This document shows positions 12,101 through 25,180 of a DNA stretch of 64,000 bases, in pieces (the first letter of the stretch is position 1; each line of letters opens with the position of its first letter). The DNA is taken from contig JAQGDQ010000493.1 of assembly GCA_030141605.1 (NCBI GenBank), positions 1 through 64,000 of the forward strand, in the 5' to 3' direction. Source of the DNA: Tubiluchus corallicola (taxonomy: Eukaryota; Animalia; Priapulida). The notes below the pieces were generated by a model. It did no database searches, had not been told where the DNA came from, and saw nothing but the letters and a program-made list of their open reading frames with translations. The position numbers and the translations under genes were made by a program.

Positions 12101-15100
12101 TTACAGTGGCTAGCTGCACGTCCTGCAAGTATTCAATGTACACACAAAGTTGAGAATGTTTCTGAAGAAATACAAAACCATGTTTTCTACATATTCTTTA
12201 AGAAAATGATGAATCCGAAACCAAACTTGATCAAAAGTAAATTTGGAAGAAGTGGCACATGGCTTGGATTTGATCCAGAGACTTTTCACGTATATTTCAG
12301 ACAAGCAAGATTCTTTCAAAGTTCAAAAATTGTGAGTTTATTCCAACATTAATAATAAGCTTGAATTTAAACTTATGAATAATTATAATGGTGTTTTTAG
12401 GTGTTAAAATACTCAGAAAAAGACCTGCAACGGGTCATCTTGGAGTGGCAAGCGAAACAGTTGGCTCGTGACCAGCAGTGGGACAAACGATACAAAGAGC
12501 TGGAGGCGCAGTTTCAGGAGGACAAGCTGCAAACACAAGAGCAACTAGCGAAACAGGAGAAATCTTCCCGAGAGATGAAGTAAGTATAAAGGTGTAAAAT
12601 GCATTCATATTGTGCTCTGCCTTGGCGCGTTGCAGTCAGGGATGTTACCGAAACGAAAAATTTGCTTCAGTTTACTGATAATTGTACTTTTGGCTCAGTT
12701 TAGTCTTCATCAAAAATTGCTGAGTTTCGTAGCTGAAACTTTTGGCAAACAAGTTTTGGGAAAAACCGCCATCTGCCAAGACATTTGCTATGCCAAACGT
12801 CTATTTTAACCCTGTTATAGTGTCAAACAGTGCGCAATGATTTACTATGCGAAAAATGTCATTGTATTGCTAAAACAATGACCCTCTAAATAAAAAGAAT
12901 CATGATATTTAACGATTTAAATTTTGTAGCAAGCGACTTTATGGAAATAATCCACAAATTTCAAGCTGACTAGGTGCTTGGACAAGGACACTAATTTCGA
13001 AGTTGCGGTATAATGTAAATTGCGCCGCAGGATGCTTTATATGAATACCGTATTTTCTGTTTGGTAGCTGTATTGCTTAAGTTTGTGAGTTCTTTCTTTG
13101 CTGTGTTGTTTTATATACTTGGTACAATTTGAACAGCATCAATTTCGATGTAGGTATTCTAGGAAGTTCATTTTAATTTTTAGGCTTGTCATGAGTGACT
13201 ACGAAAAGACCATTTCACAGCTAATAGGTAAGCTTTCTATATTTAATTATCAATTAATAACACCCTTCTGATTGGGTTTAAATTATTTACTAAATGTATT
13301 CGGGAATAAAAATTATTTCAGATTGTCTAATAAATAATGTTAATTATGTTAATCTGCTTAAAACTGCATATCCATCTGTAACACGTAAATCCAAGTTTTA
13401 CTACTTCAAGAATACACTTTGTTTTCTGTTTCAAAAAGGCCCGTTTGTAAAAACTTAGTAAACCATATCAAACTTAGAAAGTATCCTAATTTTGTTACCT
13501 AAAACATTTCTTTTTCAGTTTATGCTTGTATGGCATTTGCAACTGAATATTTGACTACCTAGTTGATTTGTACTACGATGTTGTTCCTTTTTTCAGCTGA
13601 AAAGGAGAGGCACAAGAGCGAAACGACAGAGAATGTGTCTGAATTGATTCAAGAACGTGATCAGGTAAACGTTGTTGGACAGAGTAGATTGTAACGTCCC
13701 GTTAATTAAAGCATTAATTGTTTATAATTTGAAGATTATCCATTAATGATTGAACGATTTTAAATTTTAGCTCTGTGGATTGGTGTTTATAGAGTTGGAT
13801 ACATAATCCAAAGATCCCGGAAATAAATCTGGTTTCAGGACCCTGTTTCCTTCCTTTTACTCAAATTTTGCTTCTAAAATTTAATAATTGTGGTTTTTTT
13901 CATTAATAATTATCGTAAAATGTATAACGCTTTAATAGAGGTGCTCGTTTATGTGCTTTACAAATAATAATGTCAACACAAATGTTATTGCAATCATAAA
14001 ATTTTCTCTACCTATGCAGCATGACAGGCTTGCTTGCAATGTAATGCTAATTAATTTAAAATGAGGCCAAATTTGAGATGCTTTAGTGCACCATGCCGTT
14101 CTTGCATCAGTTGCTTTAGAATGTTTACATAACACCACTGATCTATACTTATATAGTATTAGTACTAATCTTTACTGATCCTGTTATTTATAATTATAAA
14201 CAACTGTTTTTTGTTATTGTTCAGGTGCTAGAAGATATGCAAAATGTAGAAAAGGCTTTCAGTGATTTACACAAACGATATGAAAAAATGAAATCTGTGG
14301 TAGACGCACTAAAAAAGGTAAATCACTAATGTTCTCAGTGAATGATATCACCCCACAGGTGCATTATTTTTATGCCTTCAATTGTGAGCACTAAACCATA
14401 CTATACTAGAGTATTCAAATGTGAATACTAAACTAGAGTATGATAGAGTATTCGAATATGAATACTAAACTATAGCACTCAAATGAAAATAGTATATATG
14501 ACCTTGTAAATTGTAACTGATGTAAATTTTCTAACTTTTCTTTTTTGAAAATCAGTAGTGACACACTGTGACCAGCTTTCATTTTTGTAAATATCGTATG
14601 ATGGCAGCGAAAAATTGTTTAAAAGTATTGTAAGAGTAGTACTTTGCACTATTCTTATCAGTGAAAATTGGCAATAAATTGCTCAGACTTGATTGCATTT
14701 AAAAGGTGGGACAGTTCAAGTAACAGTACTTTAACTTGAGCTATTAAAAGTGCATTCACTACAGAGTTTGCCCTAATGTGTTTTGTAAGACAAGCAAAAG
14801 TAATTTGTACAAGACGTTGTTGTTGCATTTCTAAAATTCTTGTGCTAAATAGATATTTGCACAATTGTGACCTGATATGATTTTAATAATTCATGTGGGA
14901 CATTATGGTTGTCGTTTTTGCGCCTGAGCTAATGTATCACTGTATGAATCATATCTGAAACTGCTGTTGCGCATGCATGTTTGTGTTTGTGCTGCCATCT
15001 GTCGTTTGTTTTATAAACATGCACTGTAATTTCAGGTGTTAGTGGTGACAGTAGTTTTTATAATGTTCATTTTTTACCTGATTCGCCCACTGCAAATGTA

Positions 15101-18100
15101 GGAGTTAACCTGTTTTTATGGCTTCCAAGTCATGGCTGCGATTTAATAAATTAAAGCGAAACTTTTCTCTATAAAAAGGTATTTTGATTTTCTGAGTACA
15201 GTAGCACTTCTGAACTTTGTTCTTGCGTCATTTCGTAACTTAAGCTTTTAGTTGTATTTTTGTTTGCGTAGAATGAAGATACGTTAAAGCACATGGTGGA
15301 GGAATATCAAGCCAAGTTGAAAAGGCAAGAGCAAAGATACCAGGATTTGAAAATGAAAGCAGAAGAGAAACTGGAAAAGTACGTGTCTGTTTTTAGATAT
15401 TCACTTATTTGTGTTTCTTTGAAAATTAATAACTTAGTTGTCAACTACTTTTTTGTAATGAAGGTATGACCTGTTTTTCAAAAATTCTTGAATTAGGAAA
15501 AATATGACAGCACATAATGTACTAAAAAATAAAAAAAATTATTAGCAGCTAAGAAATATACTGGCCACAATCAATTGAAACGTACGTAGTTAGTGCGTAC
15601 ATTTCATTAAAAACTACAAGCACATACTAAGAAGAGATATGTTAAGCATTACTTATTATAAGATAAAAATTCAAAAATTTCTTTCTGTAATATTTCACCA
15701 TATAATTAATTTTCCATCACTCAAGTACATTCAGTACATTAAAGTATACAAAGATATCCATATTGCAATGAAATAATTGACAGTAAGACAGGGAAAATAC
15801 ACTATAAAATTAACAGTCTTACAATAAATGCTCATCTTGTAAACAGTAGAGTTGTAAAGTGTAACAAACCAAATTTTGTCTACTTTATTATTTAAACAAA
15901 TTCAAGACTTTGTAAGAAAGCAATAAAAAGTAACTTGTTGAGTTGATTAAATCAAAAATACTATTAAAAAATCGGTCTATAAAATGTTCAGTAAGCTGAT
16001 AGTCTAACAATACATGTTCGTCATCTTGTATATCTGCGACAAATACAAGGCCGTTGATTATATGAAATTCTACTCCATCTACCAGTTTCCACTATTAAAC
16101 GATGGGATGACAATCTTGTACTTGACGTTGCTATTCTACATCCTTCTAACAAACAAAGATTTACTATACAAAGCATCTACAGACAATTGTGGATTAATTT
16201 TCCTGAGATAGCACTGCCTACACATTTGGTCTGACGCTTTTATTTTATCCTTTATACTATTCATTTCAACTTTTATAAAATCAATCACTCATAGCCTGTT
16301 ACACATAGTAGTAGTCGTATACGTTGGTGTTCTTTCGCATTTTACGGATTTTAAAACCACAAACGTGCAAATCACACAAGTATGGCAGTGCCTTATAGGC
16401 TGGGGCTTGAGCAGGTTTCACAGCATGCAAAATTTCCATAAAAACTGCTGACACATGCATGCTAGGGTTACGCGTCACAACAACTAATTCAGTCATTCAA
16501 CAAGCTCGCCGAAAAGTCAATTTAGATGCAATTTTTACTACTTATTGTCATTTTATTTTAGTGCTGTTAAAGAGATTGAAAGCGTGAAGAAGGGCACGGC
16601 GTCGGAGGTAGCAATCCTAGCAGCAAACGTGAAAAGATACGAGATAAAAATAGACAATTTGGAGAAAACACTTGAACAAAAGGTAGGAATAATAGTGTTT
16701 TTAGGACGTTTGGGGTGGTGGGGGGGAGGTGTTCTGGAACCTCATTCTAACCAGTGTTTGCAATATCTACTTGTTCCTCCATCTATATGTATGGCTAGGC
16801 TGACTAGGCTGAATTATCAATAATCTAGTAAAGGCTGCAGCTTGGTACTCCTCAAGCTTGCGGGGCTCCACACTTTGCACTGCTGAATAATTCATATAAC
16901 TTAAAATAAAATTTCAATTTTAAAAATGGAGATCACAAAGTCTGAAAATCCAGTTTTAAAGTGGCTCTTCATTTGTGAAGGATCCCTGTTTGAGGCCTTT
17001 TATTTGAGACAGAGGCCCTTGATTTGAGATAAAGTCCTCTCTTTAAAGCCCTTTATTTGAAATATGGGGGCTTCAGCTATACAAATGTTGCTGAAATATA
17101 TCACAAGTAAAAAATATTTGAGACAAGTGCGAGCAAATGAGAAATCCAAAAACATCACCTACTTACAAAAGAGTTCAAAGTTGTCATAAGTCACTGAAGC
17201 CTAACGCCAGCACAGTCATTGATACGGTGAGCTGTTAAAAACCAAGTAACTGTTTATCAGTTTTACCAGTGGTAAATTGTTTTTATCACGTCAGCTTTTT
17301 GGACCATTCTTAACAGAAGCACAGATGTGTCAGTTTCACATTAGTGTTACTTTAAAAAGAAAATGTATCAGCATGCTTGCCCTGTAAAGTAATAATAATA
17401 ATAATAATTTCTCATTTAGGACACAGTCCAGGGATAACACCTTGAGTAACTCAATACTAATTTCCAATGTGGTCCCAATTATTATTACCCGCGCATGTTA
17501 CTTCAATAAACCCTAGTACTTGGTCAAAGAACCGGGGTGCCTTTTTATGTCTTTTGTTTGACTTTGTCGTAACTTGTTCCCTCGATTTCCCGGGTAGGAA
17601 GTGGAGTCTTTCCACTTGAAGATAAATGGCGTGCACTTAGCCATGTTCGATGCTAGGGCTGCTGTAACGTGTGGGGTGAAAATGTTTATTAAAATCTCTC
17701 CCCTCTTTTTTTAAGTGAGATTTTTGTTTGTTCTTCAACCTTGATTGACTCCACGGCTATCTGCGGTCAGTTGATAACAATTGGATGTAAAAAACGTTTG
17801 AGTACTTAGTACCTTGTGCTGGTACATTAGTGCTAAAATCAATACCACTGCTAAGGAAAACTTTTGACAGCTTGCTACAAAATTTCAGAAAACTTCTTTC
17901 ATTTAAATGCACCTTTTTGGTGTCTCATGGTATACGATTTCTGTTAAAGTGCCATTCTGCACCACTGTTTTTCATGGGGTGTTTAAGTGACTTCGTTTTA
18001 TCAACAATGACAAAAGTCGCAGAAAATAATTTACTTTGTCAAAAAAATGGTAAAAAAATATTGTTTGCGTAACACATTATTGTTTATATGGTCATGTAAT

Positions 18101-18214
18101 TGTAAGTCTATGATACTAAAAAAATCACAGTTAAGAAATTTTATCTTTCAGACGAAAGAAAACCAAGAACTGAGCAACATATGTGACGATCTCATCGCTA
18201 AGGTGAAGAAATAA
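3155..18214 (+). CDS. TACC: Transforming acidic coiled-coil (TACC) family protein, 3' 15 exons (5' end probably upstream of the window; at least ~1296 aa)
   Basis: Phase-consistent GT-AG exons: 3155-4985, 6424-6673, 7280-7352, 8012-8709, 9602-9742, 10774-10828, 11167-11299, 11784-11819, 12401-12579, 13184-13227, 13597-13664, 14225-14317, 15272-15378, 16562-16682, 18152-18214. They encode an acidic N-terminal region, KG(S/T)YxINWDEID..TNPF repeats, SALARQSLYRKFDPLV and a C-terminal TACC coiled coil (VEKAFSDLHKRYEK...TKENQELSNICDDLIAKVKK*). Confidence 0.93.
10285..10500. mobile_element. Degraded hAT-type MITE with GACTTG/GACTC subterminal repeats
   Basis: Starts CAGTGGTCAC; repeated gacttg/gagactc/aaaccct units. 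Confidence 0.45.
15880..16211 (-). mobile_element. Non-LTR retrotransposon (CR1/L2-group) ORF2 C-terminal fragment
   Basis: The minus strand reads TRLSSHRLIVETGRWSRI...RPCIC...DDEHVLL, the C-terminal cysteine/histidine region of LINE ORF2, now disrupted. Confidence 0.65.
17390..17640 (-). mobile_element. tRNA-derived SINE with (ATT)n tail
   Basis: Reverse-complement homolog of 34215-34430; (AAT)n run at 17390-17407. Confidence 0.6.
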
Positions 18215-19792
18215 CCTCCGCTCGATTCGTAGCCGTGGTGACTCTTCTTCGGCTGTATGCGTGATGTCATCTTGGCCAGATGCATCCGTATGCAGATAGT
18301 ATAAACTGTGTAGATACTGGATATTATTTATTTGCTATTGTAGTCGTTTTATCTTGTTTACTTTTATTGATACTAGATTGTTCATATACATAGATATTGA
18401 ATAGTTCCAAGCTGCAACGTGTGCATGATATTTATTGTGATAACGTTTAAGTATTAAAGCATACGCAAATTGAAAAATAGTCGTTTTCACGATTCTGAAC
18501 CAATAGATCAGTTAGAGCAAACAATACAGCTGGAATTACCGTAGACATACTGTGCATTGATAAATTGAAAGATTGGTAAATCATATTACAGTTGAATATA
18601 ACCACCGAATATTCGTTATTAATGGTGATATGCCCCCGGCCAGTGTGCAGTAGTTTTTTTTATAGCTTCATTAGAAGGGGCAATAATATCAAACATTCAG
18701 CAGCTTTGAAAACTTGTGTAAATATACCCTTGAGTCTTGCATATGCGCTTCCTTGAGACACGGGGGAATTTTTTATCTAATATCTTCGTAATGATACCTT
18801 GAAAATTTTCTATTGCAAATATCTGACCTTTTTATTGGTAAAATGCGCCATCTGTCGACATAGCTCGGTTTTTCTTGTACTTGAAATTTGACCATCATGA
18901 GGTTTTTCAAAATCTATTTACCATGTGAAACTTCCTAATTGCATCTCCTACCTGATGCAGCCATGTTCTTCCGGTAATTTTTGCCAGCGTTTCTTAGATG
19001 CCTTTTTGTAACAAGCTTTTTTGAAGGTTTTGTTTCGCCACTTGATGCACATGTTTGTAGCAAATATAATAATTTGGCTCGAGGTTTGTATTAAAAAAGT
19101 TTGCATAATGTTCGCAATAATTCCATATAGTCAACAGTTCTATTGATAGCGGACGGATAGATGTAATGAGTTGTCTCACAACGAATGATAGAAATGTCTC
19201 AGTTTTTTTACTCATGCAAAAAGTAAACCTGCAGACTTGCAAAGTTCCTATCGTATGTGGTAATAGTTTGCACAATGCGTGTACGTATCACATTTTGTAC
19301 TTGCAGAGTTATACAATTAAATCTACCTGCATTTCTGCATATTACTAAATGACTGGCTTAAACTCACAACACTTGATAATTATTAAAACAAGAAACTTTT
19401 GTATAGGCGTACTTTTTCGTGTTGGGAGCATACATAGGTTTCACATTGCCTTTCCTAACTGTCATTTTGTTTATGTGTGAATTGTTATAGAAAATTTTAT
19501 CTTGTATTGTTGTATATAAGTTACTCTTTAAGTGATAAATGATAAATCTTGTCGGCCGCATTTCGTACGTCCATTTAGTTACCAGATTTACTGACTTCAG
19601 AATTTGTTCTTTCAATACGCTTGATGCTTTTTGCAGAACTTGTATGTCAATAATTGAATTTAATTTAAAAATTTAATCGTTCTTGCTTTTTGTCCATCAG
19701 TTTTGAGAGATACATAAAATAAATGCAATGTCGATCACACATAATTTAACAACTTATTGACCAAAAGGTCAAATTCAGTATTACGTGTCACC

Positions 19793-20184
19793 AATAAGAC
19801 TTTTCACAGCGTGTTGTGCACACGCGGTTGCTGCCAGTCAAAGGTTAAGCGTACCACAGCAGCTCGTCTTCACTACAACTGTCACGTGACATGTGGCAAC
19901 GCAAAGCCGTATGCCACATCAGTTGAATAACTTCAGTTGTTTTACGTGGATTTTACTTAATTATGCATTAGTCTGTATGTAGAGTGATTTACTAGCAGGA
20001 TCTTACTTGGGAACAAGAAAAAAATGAACTAGACAAAGTTCTAGCTAGCTGTTACAACTGTTACTATTACAGTAGCTTGGGCTGCAAGGCGTTGTCAAGT
20101 GTACACAAATATGTTGTCTGGTACACTTAACCTTTGACCTTTTCATGATCATCATCAATCATTGGAACTGTGAAAACGCTTATT
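19793..20184 (-). mobile_element. ~400 bp MITE (TIR AATAAGNCTTTTCACAG, Harbinger-like)
   Basis: Terminal inverted repeats; inverted homolog at 53495-53890 and a decayed copy at about 32620-33001. Confidence 0.8.
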
Positions 20185-20779
20185 ACTCCAGTTCAAAAGT
20201 TTAATTTGTGCCTTTCTCTGTGCACAATTCCTTATCCAAAACTTACAACTTCGAAATTTGAACAGTAAGTTTGTAACCAATTAGACTTGATATGTACATT
20301 GTTGATTTTGCTAAAGATAATATGAGTAGTCATCTTTTCAAAAAATTTGCATCTTCAAAACGATGTAAAATATACAAATGGTCTGTAATGAAGAAACCAT
20401 TGAGCAGAAAGGAAACCATTCTGGGCTTTTCACTGATGATGTCACATTTCACGTTGGTTGACAGTTTGGGATCAAATTCAGAGTCGCAAATTTTGAAAGC
20501 ACAGTAATGAGAAAATGATGCAAGACACTAAAAGAGGACACAGCTATTATTATTATTATTATGTATGTCAATGTCTGGACATTTCACATTTCATTTTGCC
20601 TTTGATGATATTTTGAGTTAAAATTTAATGTCCGCATCTAGAATGAATTGTACTTGGAAAAGGGTTACACTGTATAAGTACACAAAGACCTTATTGGAGT
20701 TTTCACGGTATTGGGATAATTCCTTTACCAATGAAACTCTCCTTACATTTACAAGTACATTTTTCCAAATGTAACTCAT

Positions 20780-21290
20780 TGTAGTTACACGTTGCACTGT
20801 CAAAAAAGTGACTAGTCACAGTTACAGTTCCTTCAAACAATAACTGTTACGAGAAGTAACTGCAATATGTTATCAGACAGTCAAAATCTGCACTACAGTC
20901 AAGTTGCACTGCTGACTTGCACAGCAGAAGATGTACTGTGCAACAATAACCGACTGTACAGTACTTAAAAAAAAGAGTAAAGTGGGCAAAGTAGACTATT
21001 TCTGTAGTGTGCAGTTCATTAACTTTTGCTTTCATTCTAGATAAATGTAACGATAAAGTAACTGTTTTTTCCATTACAAGTTTCAATGAAGAAGGAACTA
21101 CAGTAATTACAGTACTTGTAATTTCCAGAAATGTGAACTATGGTAACTACAGTACTTGTAACTTCTAAAAATGTGAACTACAGTACTTGTAACTTGTAAA
21201 AATGTAATTCGTTACAGCTACAGTTCCATTACAGTTACAGTTAATTTTGGAACTAGTTACATTTCTGATGCATTACTCTCATCCACTAAC
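20780..21290. repeat. Non-autonomous DNA-element-like repeat with tandem GTAAC/TACAGTACTTGTAA units
   Basis: Repeated actacagtacttgtaac...aaaaatgtgaact units at 21095-21210 and ttacagttac motifs; related short pieces near 27445-27490 and 28430-28490. Confidence 0.5.
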
Positions 21291-22181
21291 TTTTTCATTA
21301 TCCTAACGTATGACTTTGGCTGATTTTTCAAATTAAATCGAACAAGATGACAAATTGTCACACAAATGTATAACATAGCACAGTTTCCACGATCCTACCA
21401 TGCCTGTTCTGTAGGCGTGGTTTAAAAATAACGATTTACTGTATGAGGCCAGTAGGTGTAACAGACCCAACTGTGCCCTACTACTAAGATAAGAGCCCCT
21501 ATAATTTTTATGAAGTTGTGATTTAGAGTACTAAACTTGAATTTCTGGCAGTTGCCTATGTTGAAAACCACGCATTGTCTGGACTTTCATTATATGGGCC
21601 TATAGCACACAATGCACATTGCAGGTGAAATGAATACATTTCATTTTACACTAGTAATTCTAGTGGGTTTCATCATCAAAGGACATGACAGTTGTGTACA
21701 AGTGAATGCAGTGAAATGACAATTGTGTACAAAATACAGCGTTAACATTAAATCAGTATGCTAGATTTTTAAAAAGATAAACTATTGTCTATATATCAAT
21801 TCAATTTGACTATGTTTACAAATGACGTACAATCAAATCTAATTCTACCTATGGGGACCGAACAAACCACCACAAATAAAGAAGGATGTAAATGACTATT
21901 TACATGCGCACATTGGGATATGTAATGAGAAATCAAAATAAACCAGCTCTATTTCAACTAGATTAAACTGTAGTCACACTAACAAACAAATCACTTTCTG
22001 CAGAATGATTGTGCATGTTTTATACTGCTTGTGTGTGGTCTAATTTATTAAAGTTGTTGAAAAAAGACATACAAATATTGTATCCTTACACATCTACACT
22101 TGAAAGTATCACGTTAAATAAGCTATATTTACGTCAAATCTAATTTACTTGAACACTACATTGCTAAATTACGGTGTGCGG

Positions 22182-23549
22182 TCATAAAAAACTAACTCCC
22201 ACACCAAACTGAAATCCTTTGTTAATTTTGTCCCCAGCTAAATATCTAACCGGAATAGCATAATTCAGTTCAAGTCGTGCTATTGAGCCCAGACACAGCA
22301 CTATACCAGCACCATAAGCCCATCTAAACTGTTCCACAACCTGGCGATAGTTATCATTGAGGCTCCCAATACTGCCACCGTTAACGAACAGGTGCATTCT
22401 GAACAGGTCGCCAAAACCTCCTTTACCAGGTCGAAAAGGAAGGGGAGTGTAGAGATGCAGACCGCCCGAACAGTAACTGCTTGCACCGATGGAATCTCCC
22501 TCATAGTGGGGTCCGGCTCCTCTTGTCTGGAAACCTCTTAGCGTCAGCGGTCCACCAAGGAAGTATCGATCGCACACCCTAGCACCAGCTTCGTTGTTGA
22601 AGTCAAAAAGGACACCACTGGAGAGCGTGGCCTGTAACACGGTTCCAAGAAGTAGGGATTTATTAAGCTGCAGTTCCACGTTTCCTTTGAGGAAATTGAC
22701 ATCACCACCAAGGCCATATCCGGCAAGCTCTTTGCTGATGCGGACCAGAAGACCATCATTGGGTATGACTGGGTTGTCTCTGGTGTCGTAGAGCAACGAG
22801 TGATGCAACGCAGACTTCAACGAATGGCCACACTGCTCGCGTACGGCAAACGAAGACGACAGCTTGTCGCACCTCAACTCGCGCCATACGCCTTCCCACC
22901 TAATAATATGTTGCAGTCCGAGCAAGGAATTTAGAGTCAATTCCCCACTTATGCCACGGTCCATCTCTGTAAAACCACTCCACGGAAATTCGGCCTGTCC
23001 TTGCAATGCCCCGATTGTGATCTTGGCTCCTGGTTTTTGGAGAAATGGCTTAACAAAGCCCAGATGGAATCCCTGAGATTTCCGTGAGCCGTAAGAATAC
23101 TCACCAACAAATCGCTCACCACGACCAAAAGCATTAGGTGCACGGAGTCCAAATACTACACTCCCTTCATCGTTACCAATTGACGTGTGTATCCCACCAC
23201 CCAGGCGACTAGTTTCTTCTACAAAAAATGTCACTTCAATGCCATTTTGATGAGCGTTAATGCCACTGGCTGTATCAATAAATATTGTCACTTTTTTAAA
23301 TGCACCGAAACTTTCTAATTTAGATTTTGCTTCCAAAGATTTTAAAACCACATCTTCAAATTTCGTGGCACTAAACATATCTTGGACTTCCGGAACCACA
23401 GCATCATTTTTAGTCCGTCCTAGTCCATCAATGTGAACTCGCTGTACTTTCACAGGTACTTCATTGACTCGCACAGTTATCTTTTGCGGCTCATAAGGCT
23501 CTTCAGTGCTGCTCAAAGTTGGGGCTGACTTAGCATGAACGGTCCCCAT
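22182..23549 (-). CDS. SAMM50: Sorting and assembly machinery component 50 (mitochondrial outer-membrane Omp85/BamA beta-barrel), 455 aa, single coding exon
   Basis: Characteristic MGTVHAK N-terminus, POTRA domain (VHIDGLGRTK), LGGPLTLRGF motif and C-terminal FQFGVGVSFL beta-signal. A splice acceptor (TTTTAATAG) lies 3 nt upstream of the ATG, at 23553-54. Confidence 0.97.
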   Translation of the reverse strand: MGTVHAKSAPTLSSTEEPYEPQKITVRVNEVPVKVQRVHIDGLGRTKNDAVVPEVQDMFSATKFEDVVLKSLEAKSKLESFGAFKKVTIFIDTASGINAHQNGIEVTFFVEETSRLGGGIHTSIGNDEGSVVFGLRAPNAFGRGERFVGEYSYGSRKSQGFHLGFVKPFLQKPGAKITIGALQGQAEFPWSGFTEMDRGISGELTLNSLLGLQHIIRWEGVWRELRCDKLSSSFAVREQCGHSLKSALHHSLLYDTRDNPVIPNDGLLVRISKELAGYGLGGDVNFLKGNVELQLNKSLLLGTVLQATLSSGVLFDFNNEAGARVCDRYFLGGPLTLRGFQTRGAGPHYEGDSIGASSYCSGGLHLYTPLPFRPGKGGFGDLFRMHLFVNGGSIGSLNDNYRQVVEQFRWAYGAGIVLCLGSIARLELNYAIPVRYLAGDKINKGFQFGVGVSFL

Positions 23550-23767
23550 TACCTATTAAAAACAAATTAGAGTCAGCAAGAAGAACTATAAATGCCCAAC
23601 CAAAAAGCAAGACTAAAAACATTGTAAAAAAGCTACAAGTCATATAGTCCGAAACACAGACATAGACATAGACATTTATTTCCTCAAATAATGTGTCACA
23701 AATTTCCATTTTACAAAAAAACTTTACTTTATCCACGGAGATGGGGAGAGGGAAGACCATAGGTCAT

Positions 23768-24448
23768 CTAGTCACTTAGGTCATCTAAAAGGTTTATTTC
23801 AGTAGAGTTTCGATAGTTCGTAACTACAATTTCATTTGTTTTTGCCATAATTTTTGTGTGTTTCACTATTGCAAATACTTGCAGATGATCTGCAACTTGA
23901 TACAATAATATGCCTGGTATTTTCGTATTGGTTAGGTCGTTAGCATAAATATGATCAATCAAAGTGTTAGTAGTTTGAGTTATTCTTGTGGGTTTGGTTA
24001 TGATGGGTATAAAATTATCCGAGAACAGCATATTCATGTAATTTGCAACTAATGGCCTTTCATTGGTTTGTAACAAATTTACTTTTATGTCACCGCATAT
24101 ATAACTCAACTTATTTGCTGTATTTATTAACGCCACTTTGTGTTCAAGTTCGTTTTGGAACTGGTCAATGTTAGTGTTTGGGTGTCTATAAATGATTTCT
24201 ACCCATATGTTTTCAATTTGCAAATCTTTAGCGTTTCTGACAGAATTTCTTGGATTTGTGATGTGGTATTGAGGCAGTTCAGTAAAATTAATCGAATTTT
24301 TTATATACATGCCTACACCGTCTGAATTATGTCCAATAAACTGGTATCCTGGCAAATAAGAAAGGAAAAGATGTCCTGTTTTGATTCTTGTTTCACTTAC
24401 TGCTATAATTTCAGGAGGGTGTTGAAAATGCAACAAAACATTTAACAC
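23768..24448 (-). mobile_element. LINE (CR1/L2-group) apurinic endonuclease fragment within the SAMM50 5'-UTR intron
   Basis: APE motifs IIAVSET, IYRHPN, ICGD, PTRIT...TLIDHIY and ADH; no RT domain downstream, so truncated. Confidence 0.85.
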
Positions 24449-24879
24449 CTGCTGTATTTTTTTGTAGATTACTTATAAATATAAAATCCATAGGAACACA
24501 TCAATAACATATCATCACATTCAGTACCTTAATACAGCTCTGTAATTACTAATATTCTTTTTAATATTTCTTATTTATAAAGTTGTATACTATTAGTATT
24601 ACTAAGATTTAGCAATTGACTTCCAAAACTAATGTCATGATTGTCATTGACCGAATATCTCAAAACTTGATAATTGATCAGCATACTTACTTTTGTAAAC
24701 GGGCTGCCTATTAAAAGAATGTACGCCTCAAAGCACCACAAAATATTCCTTTTTAATCTAGAAGCACTTTTTTTTAATAAATTGCCTTTACGAAAATTGA
24801 AAGTCAAGCATGCATAATAGCACGTTGCCTTATTATTTCAGTTATGCTTCAAAAGAGGGCGCTTTATAACTCTAAGTAC

Positions 24880-25180
24880 CCGTGCTTTGAAGATACAGGA
24901 TCCCAGAGTGTGAAAAGCGTGCATTGCCTACTACCAAAGTATACACAATAAAGTAGGGAAACTCCTTCTGCGCAGTAGTTCGCGCAGTTAGTGTCGCCCT
25001 AGCGGCTATTCAGCGCAGTTGTCAGGTACGCAACAGCGCAGGCTGTGGGTACTGTAGCAGATGAATTGATGAGACCATCAAAACCAGCCCGGTTAACAGG
25101 CGCTCATAAATTGCTCAGCAGTGAGTTGCAAAAACACAAAAAGATATCTTTTTAAATTTCGCAACGATGCAGCCAGGTAA
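24880..25180. promoter_or_regulatory. Putative SAMM50 non-coding first exon and CpG-enriched (possibly bidirectional) promoter
   Basis: Minus-strand donor-like site (CACGG|GTACTT at about 24879); local CpG/GC enrichment with several GCGCA (NRF1-like half-site) motifs at 24968-25042; plus-strand donor CAG|GTAATT at 25177. Confidence 0.4.

Noticed and set aside
21095-21250. Regularly repeated units resembling a CRISPR array
   Set aside because: The context is eukaryotic, with no unique spacers or cas genes; these are MITE subterminal tandem repeats.
25167-25176. ATGCAGCCAG as the FPGS coding start
   Set aside because: It ends in phase 1, whereas FPGS exon 2 needs phase 0; the 27253-27336 exon fits in both phase and sequence.
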